Assembly (NCBI GenBank): GCA_965223905.1
Contig: CBDCXV010000011.1
Location: forward strand, 1,728,001-1,792,000
Source of the DNA: Candidatus Latescibacterota bacterium
GTDB taxonomy: Bacteria > Latescibacterota > UBA2968 > UBA8231
Reading direction: 5' to 3'
Length of the DNA stretch: 64,000 nucleotides
The position numbers and the translations under genes were made by a program. How positions within the stretch are numbered: position 1 is the first letter of the stretch; each line of letters begins with the position of its first letter. Below the pieces are notes generated by a model. The model made no database searches. It was not told where the DNA came from and saw only the letters and a program-made list of their open reading frames with translations. Below are positions 33,767-43,827 of the stretch, piece by piece.

Positions 33767-36313
33767 CTACAGCCCGAACCGGCGATTGAACTTCACCAGT
33801 GCGATGTTGTCGCCGCCGTCGGTGAAGGAGCGAACGACGGAGCTCAGCGGCTTGAAGTCGGGATCGCGAGCGTCGTCGAAGTCGCGGTCCCGGTTCTGCT
33901 GCCACACGAAGAACAGGGTACTGCCAGGCCTGTACTCCCAGCGCATGACCAGGTTGAAGCGCAGGGCCCTCCGCCTGAAATCGCGGTTGTCCTCCACGCC
34001 GTACGGCAGGAACTCGTAGGAACGGGGCCTGGCGAGCTCCTTGACGGCACCGTAGTCGCCGGTCGTCGCGAAGGGGCTGAGGTACAGCTGCAGGCTCAAC
34101 CTCGGCGTGAAGGCGTAGGTGCCGCGCACGACGATCTCGAAGACCCGGCTCTCGAGCTCAGCGAACACGAAGCGGTCGTCCTCGCCGTCCCCGTCGTCGT
34201 CGACGTTCCGGATCCACTGGGCATGGTTCTTCTGGTTATGGTAGTTGGGATTGAGCTGGATTTCGACGACAGACACAGGCCGGGCCTCGACGAGGACGCC
34301 GATCCACTTTCTGACGTTGTCGCCGCCTTGGCCGTAGACCACGTTGGTGCCCAACCAGCCGCTCACCGGCTTGCGGTCGTCGCTCCACACGCGGAGACTC
34401 GCCGAGACTCGGCCGGGACGAACCATGACCGGTCCGCCGCGGGTGTTCACGTCGTCGGCGGCGTCGAACTCGCGGCCGAGATAGGTCGAGAACCCCCAGT
34501 AGCTGTGCAGGTGGTGCCGCATGTAGTAGTCGATGCCGCGCGACAGCTCGTCGCCGTCGAAGTTCCAGTGGTGCCAGACGTCGAGTCTGAACACGGACCG
34601 GCGCGCAAACCGGTTCGGGTCGAGGATGTTGTAGAACAGCCTGGCGCCGGCCTGCAGGCGGTCGTTGCGGCTCATGTAACCGAGGTCGTTGGCGTCGAAG
34701 CGGGGCGAGCGAGCGTCGACGTAGGCCTGCCCGCCGAAGGAGCCGTAGGGCTTGGACAGGTGGAGGGTCCCCTCCCAGCCGGTGTCGCGCTCGTCGGCCT
34801 GCCCGGCACGGCTTACCGCCAGGCGGCTGTAGACGCGGTAGGCGTTGTCCCACCATTTCATGTGGACGTCGCCGGCGCCGACGTATGCGGGATCGAAGCC
34901 CTCGCCGTTCATCGCCGTGAGCTGGGCACCGAGGGTCGAGTTGGTCAGCACGTCCTGCTGCACGCGGCCGGCGAAGTAGTTCGTGAGGGGCTCGACTTCG
35001 TAGCGACTGCGTACCGTGTCCGCAAGACCCGTCCGGGCGTCGGCGAGGCGCTCCTCGATGAGCGCCTGCTCCCTGGCGGTGACCGCGTTCAGGACTCCGA
35101 AGGCCGTGCGGCCCGTCGTTTTGCCCGAAACCTTCACGGCCCCGAGAATCGTCGTGCTGCCCGGCCTGTCGATCTCCTCGGCACCCGCAGGCAGGCCGAA
35201 ACGCGACGGCTGCCGTCCGATGCGCCGGGAGTGGAACAACCGGGTCGGCCCCTCGATGCCGGCGATGTTCGGCCCGGGGGTCTGGAAGATCGAGATCCCC
35301 TCCTGGAAGAAGGGCCGGCGCTCCTGAAGGAAGGTCTCGAAGACGCTCAGGTTGAGAACGGCCGGGTCGGCCTCTACCTGACCGAAGTCGGGGGTCACGG
35401 TGGCGTTCACGGAGATGTTGGACGTCAGGCCGTAGCGCATGTCGACGCCGAGGGCCGAGTGCAGGTCGCGCCGGTCTCGTTCGCCGTCGATGCCGGGCGA
35501 CGAGATGCTGCGGCCGAGGGCGAAGGGAAAGAGTTCCAGACGGCGCGGCGGACGGATCCGCTCGATCCCCTCGAGATGGCCGAAGCGGGAAATCCAGCCG
35601 TTGACGCCGCGCGGGACGAGGGTCCAGTAGACCCTTTCCTGCCGGCGCGAGATCCTGCGGACCACGTTGAATCCCCACGTGTAGGATTCCTTTGCGCCGA
35701 ACCGCAGGTCGTGGTAGGGGATCTTCATCTCCACGGACCAGCCGTCGTCGCGAATCTTCGTGCGCGCTTCCCACACCCCGTCCCAGGTCCAATCCCCGCC
35801 GCCGTCGTTGTAAGAGATGCCGTCGCCCATCCAGCCCGAAGGGCCGACGAAAAAGAACGCACCCGTCAGGTGATCGTGATGGGGGTCCAGGCTCACCTCG
35901 AAGATGTCCCTTTCGCGCCACTCGTCGCGACGGGCCAGGCGGGCGGTGATGCGGTGGGGCTGGCTGTCGTAGCACATGCCGGCGATGTAGAGCGCCTCGT
36001 CGTCGTAGACGACCTTGAATTCCGTGCGCTCGGTGGCCGGCTTTCCCTCGTCCGGGTCGCGCTGGATGAAGCCGGCGTGCACGGGCGCGCCGAGCCAGGC
36101 TTCGTCGTCGAGGACGCCATCGATGACGGGGGGGACCTCAGCCCGTATAACCCGAGCGACCCGCTGCGGGTGCTGGAGCCAACGGGCCATGTGCTCGCCG
36201 GTCGTGTCGACGGCCGCGCTGCCGGGGCTGTCGGCAACCGCTGCCGCGGCGGCCAGCAGGCCGAGGCCGGCCAGCTGTGCAGCGAGCGATCGGATCGGCT
36301 GCAGACCTTTCAC
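33767..36313 (-). CDS. CBM9-like + DUF5916 outer-membrane protein
   Basis: PPVIDGVLDDEAW, TEFKVVYDDEALY, PDFGQVEAD, ERRPFFQEG, WEYRPGSTLFFVW. Confidence 0.9.
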   Translation of the reverse strand: MKGLQPIRSLAAQLAGLGLLAAAAAVADSPGSAAVDTTGEHMARWLQHPQRVARVIRAEVPPVIDGVLDDEAWLGAPVHAGFIQRDPDEGKPATERTEFKVVYDDEALYIAGMCYDSQPHRITARLARRDEWRERDIFEVSLDPHHDHLTGAFFFVGPSGWMGDGISYNDGGGDWTWDGVWEARTKIRDDGWSVEMKIPYHDLRFGAKESYTWGFNVVRRISRRQERVYWTLVPRGVNGWISRFGHLEGIERIRPPRRLELFPFALGRSISSPGIDGERDRRDLHSALGVDMRYGLTSNISVNATVTPDFGQVEADPAVLNLSVFETFLQERRPFFQEGISIFQTPGPNIAGIEGPTRLFHSRRIGRQPSRFGLPAGAEEIDRPGSTTILGAVKVSGKTTGRTAFGVLNAVTAREQALIEERLADARTGLADTVRSRYEVEPLTNYFAGRVQQDVLTNSTLGAQLTAMNGEGFDPAYVGAGDVHMKWWDNAYRVYSRLAVSRAGQADERDTGWEGTLHLSKPYGSFGGQAYVDARSPRFDANDLGYMSRNDRLQAGARLFYNILDPNRFARRSVFRLDVWHHWNFDGDELSRGIDYYMRHHLHSYWGFSTYLGREFDAADDVNTRGGPVMVRPGRVSASLRVWSDDRKPVSGWLGTNVVYGQGGDNVRKWIGVLVEARPVSVVEIQLNPNYHNQKNHAQWIRNVDDDGDGEDDRFVFAELESRVFEIVVRGTYAFTPRLSLQLYLSPFATTGDYGAVKELARPRSYEFLPYGVEDNRDFRRRALRFNLVMRWEYRPGSTLFFVWQQNRDRDFDDARDPDFKPLSSVVRSFTDGGDNIALVKFNRRFGL

Positions 36314-36378
36314 CCAGGGTGATTCGAAGCCGAAAAAATCACGAAGTCCTCACCTCATTCGCCGTCAGGGAGGCCCGG

Positions 36379-36927
36379 TCACGCGTGCGGATCGAAGTTC
36401 TCCAGGTCCGGCTCGATCACCAGGCCCTGCTGCAGATCGAACTCGACTTCTACCGAGTGTTCGTGGTAGTCCTGATCCCCGCGTATGGTCGTGTACAGCT
36501 CCTCGCCGTCCACGGACATCGGCATCGTGTGCCAGACGCCCAGATGCAGGCAGACCCCCACCCTGCCCTCGCCGTAAAAGGCGCGCATCTCCTCCGCTCT
36601 GAGCGGCTCCCCGACGCCGCCGACGATGTACACCGTCGGTTTGCCGTTCTCGGGGAAGAAGGATTGTCCCGCATCGGTGTGGTAGGCGAAATGGCCCCGC
36701 TTCAGGCCCTCCGACAGGGGGGTTCGGTTCTTGTCCGCGGCATACCATTCCGGTCCGTCCTTCGGCTCTCCGGCGGATATTTCAGTATAGGCGTGCTTCT
36801 CGTACGAACTGTGGTTGCCCTTTACAATGTCGGGCCTGCGCTCCTCCAGGCTGGTGATGAGATGACCAAAAGGGGCGAAGTACTCCGGCCTGAGGCGTTC
36901 GATTTTTATCTTGACCGATTTCCACAT
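36379..36927 (-). CDS. ureidoglycolate lyase (AllA)-like cupin, copy 2
   Basis: LRPEYFAPFG, H..AGQSFFP, GVCLHLGVWH; AGGAGGAG RBS. Confidence 0.75.
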   Translation of the reverse strand: MWKSVKIKIERLRPEYFAPFGHLITSLEERRPDIVKGNHSSYEKHAYTEISAGEPKDGPEWYAADKNRTPLSEGLKRGHFAYHTDAGQSFFPENGKPTVYIVGGVGEPLRAEEMRAFYGEGRVGVCLHLGVWHTMPMSVDGEELYTTIRGDQDYHEHSVEVEFDLQQGLVIEPDLENFDPHA

Positions 36928-36987
36928 GGATTCTCCTCCTTTCTGTGACAGCTCGCATTGGGGCGGCATCGAGCCGGCCGTGCGCAC

Positions 36988-37800
36988 TCACCCCGAAAGT
37001 TTCCGGAAGTAGTCGCGAAACGCGACCGTGTCCGTGACGTTGTTGCCGCCGTACTCCAGCTCGATCCAACCTCGATAACCGGTTTTGTCCATGACCCGGA
37101 AAACGCGCTTCCAGTCCAGCGTGTTCTCTTCCAGGCCACAGGTGCCGCGGCGGTTGCTGACTCCGCGGGCGTGAAAATGGCTGGAGTATTGAATCAGCCG
37201 CTCGATTTCTGCCTCCGAATAGCCCCGCGGATACATGTGGGCATAGTCGAGGGTCAGGGTCAGGCCCGGCACGCCGTGCACCAGCCTTTCGGCGCGTTTG
37301 GGCGTATCCGCAAAAGACCCGATGTGGGGCTCTATGGCAAACGTGATTCCGTGCTCCTTTGCCCGCTCCACCCTCCAGGCCAGCTCGTCAGCCGCCCGGG
37401 CCAGCGAGTCCCGCCGGCTCTCTTGTGCGAAGTGCGCCCCGGGCAGGGCGGTCAGATGCCTTCCTCGGCATTCGGCCGTGTAGTCCAGCGCCTTGAGGAA
37501 GGCGTCGCGGGCCTGGCGCCGGCGTCGCGGCTGCGGGTGGTTGACCGCATGCGATTCGTAGTCCAATGCCAGTTGCAGGAATATGTCGGCGGCAACCAGA
37601 CCGCGGTCGTCCAGTCTCTTCTTCAGTTTGCGCGCCGAGCTGCGCACGCTCTTGAATTCAGTGGATGGCCGCAGGTGGGACCGGTCCTCGAACAGCCCGA
37701 TGTCCACCCCCTTGATTCCCAGCATGGAGATCAACTGCAGAGCCTGGTCGTGGGGCAGGTCGGGATAGGTGAAATCAGAGCAGGCCAGCTTGAGCTTCAC
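36988..37800 (-). CDS. sugar phosphate isomerase/epimerase (xylose isomerase-like TIM barrel)
   Basis: AIEPH, LTLDYAH, HFHAR, GYRGWIELEY. Confidence 0.9.
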   Translation of the reverse strand: MKLKLACSDFTYPDLPHDQALQLISMLGIKGVDIGLFEDRSHLRPSTEFKSVRSSARKLKKRLDDRGLVAADIFLQLALDYESHAVNHPQPRRRRQARDAFLKALDYTAECRGRHLTALPGAHFAQESRRDSLARAADELAWRVERAKEHGITFAIEPHIGSFADTPKRAERLVHGVPGLTLTLDYAHMYPRGYSEAEIERLIQYSSHFHARGVSNRRGTCGLEENTLDWKRVFRVMDKTGYRGWIELEYGGNNVTDTVAFRDYFRKLSG

Positions 37801-39038
37801 GATTGCCCGATCCCCAGCGCCGCGTCGATATCAGCCTGGTACTCGTAGACCTGACCGCTCTCCACCTCGCTCATTTTCACGGCTCTTCCCGCCGCCGCGG
37901 ACTCGAACACGGCATAGAGCGCGGCCACGTCCTTCAGGCCGCAGGCCCCGTCCACCTCGACCCGGCGTCCGTTCAGGACCGCCTCCCCCATCTCGTGCAG
38001 CTCGTAGGCGAGCAGCTTGATGTCCACCTTCGGATCGGTGTCGGTGACGCCGGTCGGAAACAGGTACCGCGTCAGCGGATCCAGGACCAGATCCGGATGG
38101 GCGGCCAGCAGCTGCTCCTGTTTCATCTTCCCGCCGCGGCGTTCGAGGCTGACGCGGCTGCCTCGATTGCCGAACCCGTCAATGCATCCCCGGTCCCCGA
38201 GGATCAGGGTGCGGCTGCTGGAACCGTGACCGCTGACCGCCACGATGAAGTTGAGCATGACGCCGCTCTCCATCCTGAACAGGGCCTGAGCGGTGTCTTC
38301 GGTCGCGGCTTCGATCTCCTCGTCCATGGCCTCGAACCGCTTGCGGTAGAATTCGTACTCCATCGACATGGACTCCGACTTGCCGCGCACCGGTTCCACC
38401 ATTCTCGCATCCCCGTAGACCTCGGCGATGTCCCCCAACTGGTAGCGGATCATGTGGGTGAAGTGGACGGCGAGATCCAGGATGAAGCCGCCCCGCTCCT
38501 TGTGGTGGCGCCAGGGGGTGATGAATATGTGGTTTCCGGCTTGCAGACTGTGGAACAGAGCCATGTACACGGTGCCGATCTCACCCGTCTCCAGCAGGTG
38601 GCGAACCACTCGCGCCGACGGGTCCCTGCGGAAGTTCTCCGCCACCGAGATGATGCGATCGTTGCGCCTGGCCGCATCCACCATCATCCGGCAGGCGCGC
38701 ACGGTGATGGCCATCGGTTTTTCCACGAGAACGTCGAGCCCCAGATCCAGCGCCTGGCAGACCACCCGGTGATGCACCGAGGGGTCCGTCACCACGTCCA
38801 CGGCCGCCAGGTCGCCGGTGTCGCGGGCCATCTCCTCCAGATCGGTGAACACCCGGGGCCGGACACCCAACAGCTCCTCCGCTTCCCTGGCGGCCATTTC
38901 CGCGTTCTCGCGCCGGATGTCGCAGAGCGCGGCAAGCTCCACGTTGGCGAAAGGACTCTCCGTCAACTCCCTCAATCCGTACAGGTGCCGCGTGCCCATG
39001 CCGCCGCATCCCACCAGCCCCAGGCGAAGCTTCTCCAT
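37797..39038 (-). CDS. Gfo/Idh/MocA family oxidoreductase
   Basis: GLVGCGGMG, VLVEKPMA, AENFR, DLAVH. Confidence 0.92.
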   Translation of the reverse strand: MEKLRLGLVGCGGMGTRHLYGLRELTESPFANVELAALCDIRRENAEMAAREAEELLGVRPRVFTDLEEMARDTGDLAAVDVVTDPSVHHRVVCQALDLGLDVLVEKPMAITVRACRMMVDAARRNDRIISVAENFRRDPSARVVRHLLETGEIGTVYMALFHSLQAGNHIFITPWRHHKERGGFILDLAVHFTHMIRYQLGDIAEVYGDARMVEPVRGKSESMSMEYEFYRKRFEAMDEEIEAATEDTAQALFRMESGVMLNFIVAVSGHGSSSRTLILGDRGCIDGFGNRGSRVSLERRGGKMKQEQLLAAHPDLVLDPLTRYLFPTGVTDTDPKVDIKLLAYELHEMGEAVLNGRRVEVDGACGLKDVAALYAVFESAAAGRAVKMSEVESGQVYEYQADIDAALGIGQS

Positions 39039-39053
39039 GTCGTCCCCTTCCCC

Positions 39054-39572
39054 TCAGTCTTTCCAGCCGGGGAAGTTTTCCATATCAGGCTCGAGGGCCA
39101 GGCCTCTGTCTTCGTCGAAGTGCACGTCGATCGAGTGGGCGTGGTAGTCCTGATCGCCGCGGGCGGTCAGGAAGACCTCGTCCCCTCTCAGGCAGACCGG
39201 CATGGTATGCCAGACTCCCAGGTCCATGCACACGCCGAGACTGCCATCGGAGTAGAAGGCCCGCAGATCTTCCGGTTCGATCACCGGCTGCACCGGCGCC
39301 ACCCAGAACACGGACGGACAGTGCCGGCTCGGATAGAAGGACTGGCCGGCGTCGTCGTGGCAGGCGAAGTGGCCCCGCAGGCGTCCTTCGTGCAGCGACA
39401 GCTTCTCCGGCACCGGATCGGGGATGTTTCCGGTGACTTCGTAGGCGTTCTCCACGAGGGCGCCCACGCGCACTTCCGGCTTGGCTTCGTCGAAGGTGGC
39501 GATCGCTTTCCCGAAAGGCGCGAAGGATTCCCGGGTGAGTTCCTCGACTTTGACTTTGAGAATCTTCAGCAT
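39054..39572 (-). CDS. ureidoglycolate lyase (AllA)-like cupin, copy 1
   Basis: LTRESFAPFG, GHFACHDDAGQSFYP, GVCMDLGVWH. Confidence 0.75.
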   Translation of the reverse strand: MLKILKVKVEELTRESFAPFGKAIATFDEAKPEVRVGALVENAYEVTGNIPDPVPEKLSLHEGRLRGHFACHDDAGQSFYPSRHCPSVFWVAPVQPVIEPEDLRAFYSDGSLGVCMDLGVWHTMPVCLRGDEVFLTARGDQDYHAHSIDVHFDEDRGLALEPDMENFPGWKD

Positions 39573-39602
39573 GTGCCTGGAACCTCCTTGAAGCATATCC
39601 AT

Positions 39603-40673
39603 TCAGACTCCGGGGTCGCTTCCCCGGCGGTTGGCCATCGTCTGCGCCGTCAGGTCGAAGAGCGTATCGTGGCCGTTGAAGAAACGCTCGAACTCATCGA
39701 CCATGAGCTTGAACATCCGCGTGTAGCTGGAGGCCACCACCCCGGCGATGTGGGGGCTCAGGAACACGTTATCCAGCTGCGTGATCTCGTGGCCGCCGAC
39801 GGGCTCGGGATCGAACACGTCCAGTCCGGCGATGAGCCCCCCGCGTTTGAGCCGGGCAACCAGCGCATCCGAGTCGACGACGACGCCCCGCGACACGTTG
39901 ACGAAAACCCGGCCGTCCGGGATCAGGTCGAGCTCCCGCCGGCCGATCATGCCCTCGGTAGCCGGGGTATGCGGAACCAGGCAGACGATCGCATCGCACT
40001 GGGTGAGCACGTTGTCCAGCGACGTCTTGAGAAAGCCGACCGCATCCGACATCTCCGCTGACAGGTAGGGATCGTGTACCCAGATTTCCGTATCGAAGGG
40101 TCGCAGCAGTTTGACGAGCCGCCGGCCGATGTGACCGCAGCCGATCAGACCCACCCGCTTGCCGGTCAATTCCCCGTTCAGATAGCCCGGGTCGGTCCGG
40201 ACCCGGTAGGAATCCATCCTGCCGGAGATGAGGCGGCGGAAGTGCAGTCCGGCGTTGCGCAGGGAGATGATGATGAGGGCCAGGGCCCATTCCGCCACCG
40301 GGTAGGAGGAGCCGTTGGTCGTATCGACGGTGCGAATGCCGCGCTTCCAGGCCGCCTCCACGTCGATGCGAGCGGCGAAACGGTCGCCTTCCAGCTCGCC
40401 GATGATCCTCAAACAGGGGGCCCTGTCCATGAGCTCCGCGCCGATGGGAGGAGCGCCCGATGAAACCACGAGGCCGTCTACGTCCCCCAAGCGCTCGGCG
40501 AGCTGCCGCGACACTTCCTCATTGTCGCGGACGTCGTAATTTTCCCCCACTTCGCATCGAAACAGATCCAGTCCGGCGAGGCGTTTCAGGCGCTCCATTT
40601 CCGCGGCGTCCAGGTATTGCTCACGCACCTCGGCGTTGGCGGCTATCAGCACTTTAGGGACCCGGCCACCCAT
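39603..40673 (-). CDS. D-isomer-specific 2-hydroxyacid dehydrogenase
   Basis: VGLIGCGHIG, VNVSRG, GLDVFDPEP, SPHIAG. Confidence 0.92.
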   Translation of the reverse strand: MGGRVPKVLIAANAEVREQYLDAAEMERLKRLAGLDLFRCEVGENYDVRDNEEVSRQLAERLGDVDGLVVSSGAPPIGAELMDRAPCLRIIGELEGDRFAARIDVEAAWKRGIRTVDTTNGSSYPVAEWALALIIISLRNAGLHFRRLISGRMDSYRVRTDPGYLNGELTGKRVGLIGCGHIGRRLVKLLRPFDTEIWVHDPYLSAEMSDAVGFLKTSLDNVLTQCDAIVCLVPHTPATEGMIGRRELDLIPDGRVFVNVSRGVVVDSDALVARLKRGGLIAGLDVFDPEPVGGHEITQLDNVFLSPHIAGVVASSYTRMFKLMVDEFERFFNGHDTLFDLTAQTMANRRGSDPGV

Positions 40674-40887
40674 AGCAGTCCTCTCGTTCAGTCGATTCGT
40701 GGAGCGGGATTTCCGGGCCTGCAGAACTCCATTTGCCCGCATCGCATCCATGGGCCCGGTAGCCCGGAGTGCTCTCCGTCATCGACACGCCCAGCGGCCC
40801 GGCGGGTCGGTGCGAAACTTGAGAAGCGCGCGCGGAGATGGCTGACTATGTATCGCCTCGAGTTTCCGTCCCCGGGTTGCCCCGAGC

Positions 40888-42255
40888 TCAGGGGCGTTCC
40901 CGCAAACGCAGGAGCTTGCCGCCGCCGGCCACCAGATCGAGCTGCGAGCGCGAGCCGTCCGAGAGCGGACGCCATTGCCCTCGTTCGGCGTCGAACTCCT
41001 CCATGTCTCCCGGGCCGACAACCGTCGCCGCGATATCCTTGCCGTGGTCCAGGTTCACCACGAGGACGTGCGTGGTCTCGCCGTTGGACCCGAAGAAGCC
41101 CCAGAGCACTCCCATATCCCGCTCCGGATCAAAGGGAGGATCCACGGTAAACGCAGCGCCGGCCGGCAGCTCCTCCACCATCCCTCCCGCCGGGGCCTGC
41201 CCGGAATGATACACAGCGAGCGAAGTCAACGGCTGCAGCTCCTCGGCGACGGCGACGAACTCCGGGTGGATTCGCCGCACGGCCTCTCCCAACGGGGTCA
41301 GCGGCGCCGCGGCGTCGGCGTCGGCACGCTCCGCGTTCCACTCCGTGTCTTCGAATCCGGAAATGCCTCCATGGAAATCCCCGTAGGGCCAGTACACGAA
41401 ATGCGAGATCCCCTGGCCGCCGTACGCCAGCGTGGTGTACGCCAGGTACCTGCTCTCGTCCCCGTCGGGTATGCGGTGGGACTCGCCCAGGGAAACGGCC
41501 TGTATGACGTTGATGAAGGGAATGCCCCCGTACAGTGCCGCCTCGCGCACGAGTGCGAGGTTCATGAAATACTGATTGCCGTCGTGGTTCGTGTAGAGGT
41601 TGTAATGGTCGTAGCTGATCAGGCCGGGCTTGACGATGTCGACGTACTGGCGCAGGTGTTCCCGGTAGGCCTCGACGGTGCCGCCGGAGGTGCCTAGCGC
41701 GACGGCGCTGGCGTAGGTGGGAAACAGGTTGATGTGGGCCAGGTGGGCGGGATCGCGCTCGCGTATGTAGTCGACGAGCCTTGCGAACTCCGGAAACCTG
41801 ACGGCGCTGGGCTCGTCGGTGATTGCGTAGGAGTACAGGGCGGGGTGGTCTTTGACGCTGTCGATGACCGAGTCGAGCCTCGCCTTGGCTTCCGGGTCGT
41901 CGAGGTTGCCGGGCTCTCTCAGGTCCCAGGCGATCAGGTCTACCCGCAATCCGTGCGCATGGGCGACGTCGAGATCTTCGACGGAGCTCCCCCAGGCCAG
42001 GTTGAACCCCCCGTCGACGAGCTTTCTCGCCATCCCGTCGGTCAATGGACCCCACCTGCCCCCTCCGCCGCCGGGTCCGTGGTAGTAGGCGACGATGGGA
42101 GTTCCGATCTCCCAGCCGCCGACCTCCGACTGGTTCGCAGTTGTCATCGGGGAGCTGCCGGCACACCCCAGCAGCGAAAGACACAAGGCCAGCGACAAAA
42201 CACGCTTGTGCAATGGCGAAAGCAGCATCGGGATTCTCCTTGCCTTGATGGCCAT
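40888..42255 (-). CDS. lipoprotein, TIM-barrel glycoside-hydrolase-like
   Basis: LLGC lipobox; HPALYSYAITDEP, INLFP, ISYDHY, LAYGGQGISHFVY. Confidence 0.7.
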   Translation of the reverse strand: MAIKARRIPMLLSPLHKRVLSLALCLSLLGCAGSSPMTTANQSEVGGWEIGTPIVAYYHGPGGGGGRWGPLTDGMARKLVDGGFNLAWGSSVEDLDVAHAHGLRVDLIAWDLREPGNLDDPEAKARLDSVIDSVKDHPALYSYAITDEPSAVRFPEFARLVDYIRERDPAHLAHINLFPTYASAVALGTSGGTVEAYREHLRQYVDIVKPGLISYDHYNLYTNHDGNQYFMNLALVREAALYGGIPFINVIQAVSLGESHRIPDGDESRYLAYTTLAYGGQGISHFVYWPYGDFHGGISGFEDTEWNAERADADAAAPLTPLGEAVRRIHPEFVAVAEELQPLTSLAVYHSGQAPAGGMVEELPAGAAFTVDPPFDPERDMGVLWGFFGSNGETTHVLVVNLDHGKDIAATVVGPGDMEEFDAERGQWRPLSDGSRSQLDLVAGGGKLLRLRERP

Positions 42256-43407
42256 TCAACGCTCGGCAACGACGGCCCCCTCGATGCCTCTGTGGTTGTC
42301 CGGGTAGTGATGCCAGTAGACTACGAGAACCCGTCCGTCCTCGAGCTCCACTGACCAGGGGTAGCCGCAGTCATGGCTGAACGAGTCGCTCTGGACGATC
42401 AGATCCGGGGTGGTCTCGAGGTCCGGCGCGGTTTCGTAGATCGGTGCAGTCTCCAGCTCGCTGCCCTCGGGGTCGAGCACCCTGGCGAGACAGCCAGACT
42501 GTCCCTCCCAGCGGGTGCCGACGGTCAGAAAGATGCGCCCGTCCCTGAGCCCGAGCATATGGGCGGGGTAGCCGTGAACCGAGCGCCGCCACGGTGTCCA
42601 GGTCTCGCCGTCGTCATCGGAGGTGACCAGGGCCTGGAAGCGGCCGTTGTACTGGCGATCCCTCAGGGGCAGGCTCTCGTCCATCGGTTGGTTGGCATGA
42701 CAGCGGAAGATCACCAGGATGCGGCCGCTCGGAGTGCGGTGTATGGCCGGCTCGCTGAAGTGGGCGACCGGGTCGACGGCGATCCTTCCTCCGTACTCCC
42801 ACGTCTCGCCCATGTCCCGGGAGACTCGCATCATGCCGAAGCAGGGCATGGAGCCGTCGGGGCGGTCGGTCGCCTTGCTCGGCACGAGCAGACGCCCGTC
42901 CGGCAGCTCGATCAGGCCGCTCCTGCAGACCCCCGAGTGCTCGGCCGGGTGACCCCAGACAGCGTCGGGCACGGGTGGGAAACGCCTGGGGGCAGTCCAG
43001 GTGTGGCCGTCGTCGCGGGACCGGACCCAGAAGGGCTTTCCCGGCCGCGAGATCCATTCGGTCCCATGCCCCCCCGGCTCCTCCGACCCTTCGGCCGGAA
43101 CCAGCTCCGTGCACGAACAGTGCATGAAGATGCTCCCGTCGGAAAGGGTGTGAACGCCGCGGTCGATGATTCCTCCCAGCGGATCGGACGTCACCAGGGT
43201 TGCCTCGCTCCACGTCCGTCCTTCGTCCCGGGAGCGGCATGCCTGCACGTTGAACAGCGGATGGCCGTGGTGCGGATAACCCAGATGCGGGGCCCTCTGA
43301 AAGAATACCATCAGGTCCCCGGACGGCGTGCGAACCACGTTGGGGCACAGGGCGTACATCCCGGCCTCGTGGTATATCGTTACGCGATCGACCACTTCCC
43401 AACTCAT
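42256..43407 (-). CDS. sialidase-fold (BNR/Asp-box) protein without signal peptide
   Basis: SRDEGRTW, SRDDGHTW, SRDMGETW, SDDDGETW; DCGYP. Confidence 0.85.
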   Translation of the reverse strand: MSWEVVDRVTIYHEAGMYALCPNVVRTPSGDLMVFFQRAPHLGYPHHGHPLFNVQACRSRDEGRTWSEATLVTSDPLGGIIDRGVHTLSDGSIFMHCSCTELVPAEGSEEPGGHGTEWISRPGKPFWVRSRDDGHTWTAPRRFPPVPDAVWGHPAEHSGVCRSGLIELPDGRLLVPSKATDRPDGSMPCFGMMRVSRDMGETWEYGGRIAVDPVAHFSEPAIHRTPSGRILVIFRCHANQPMDESLPLRDRQYNGRFQALVTSDDDGETWTPWRRSVHGYPAHMLGLRDGRIFLTVGTRWEGQSGCLARVLDPEGSELETAPIYETAPDLETTPDLIVQSDSFSHDCGYPWSVELEDGRVLVVYWHHYPDNHRGIEGAVVAER

Positions 43408-43827
43408 GACGCTTTCTCCATTTGGATATCACTTATAGTTCGAGGTCGATGGGGCCGCGGCGGCGAAGCGGAGCCTGGATGCTTTCGAGCTTCGGGCGGC
43501 CAAAGTACCCAACAAGGGGTGGGCGCACAATCTCCTTTTCCAGGCACTCGCAAGCCGGACCAGGACTCCTTTCCCCAGGTTGTCTCCGTAATCTTCGACC
43601 CATCTTCGCGGCCTCACGACGTTCGACGCGACGGAGTCATCTGGAATTTCGTCATCATTGGCGCCGGTCGAAGAAGGAATGTCAGGCCGGAGGTGCTGAG
43701 CTATATTCCCGACCTTGAACCAACAGCCCGCGGCAAGGTCGCGATACCCGGGGCCCCCGGACTGCCGGGTTTCCGCAAACCGCATCGAACCGCCATGGCC
43801 AGGACCCGAAAAAAAAGGCACTGAAGC

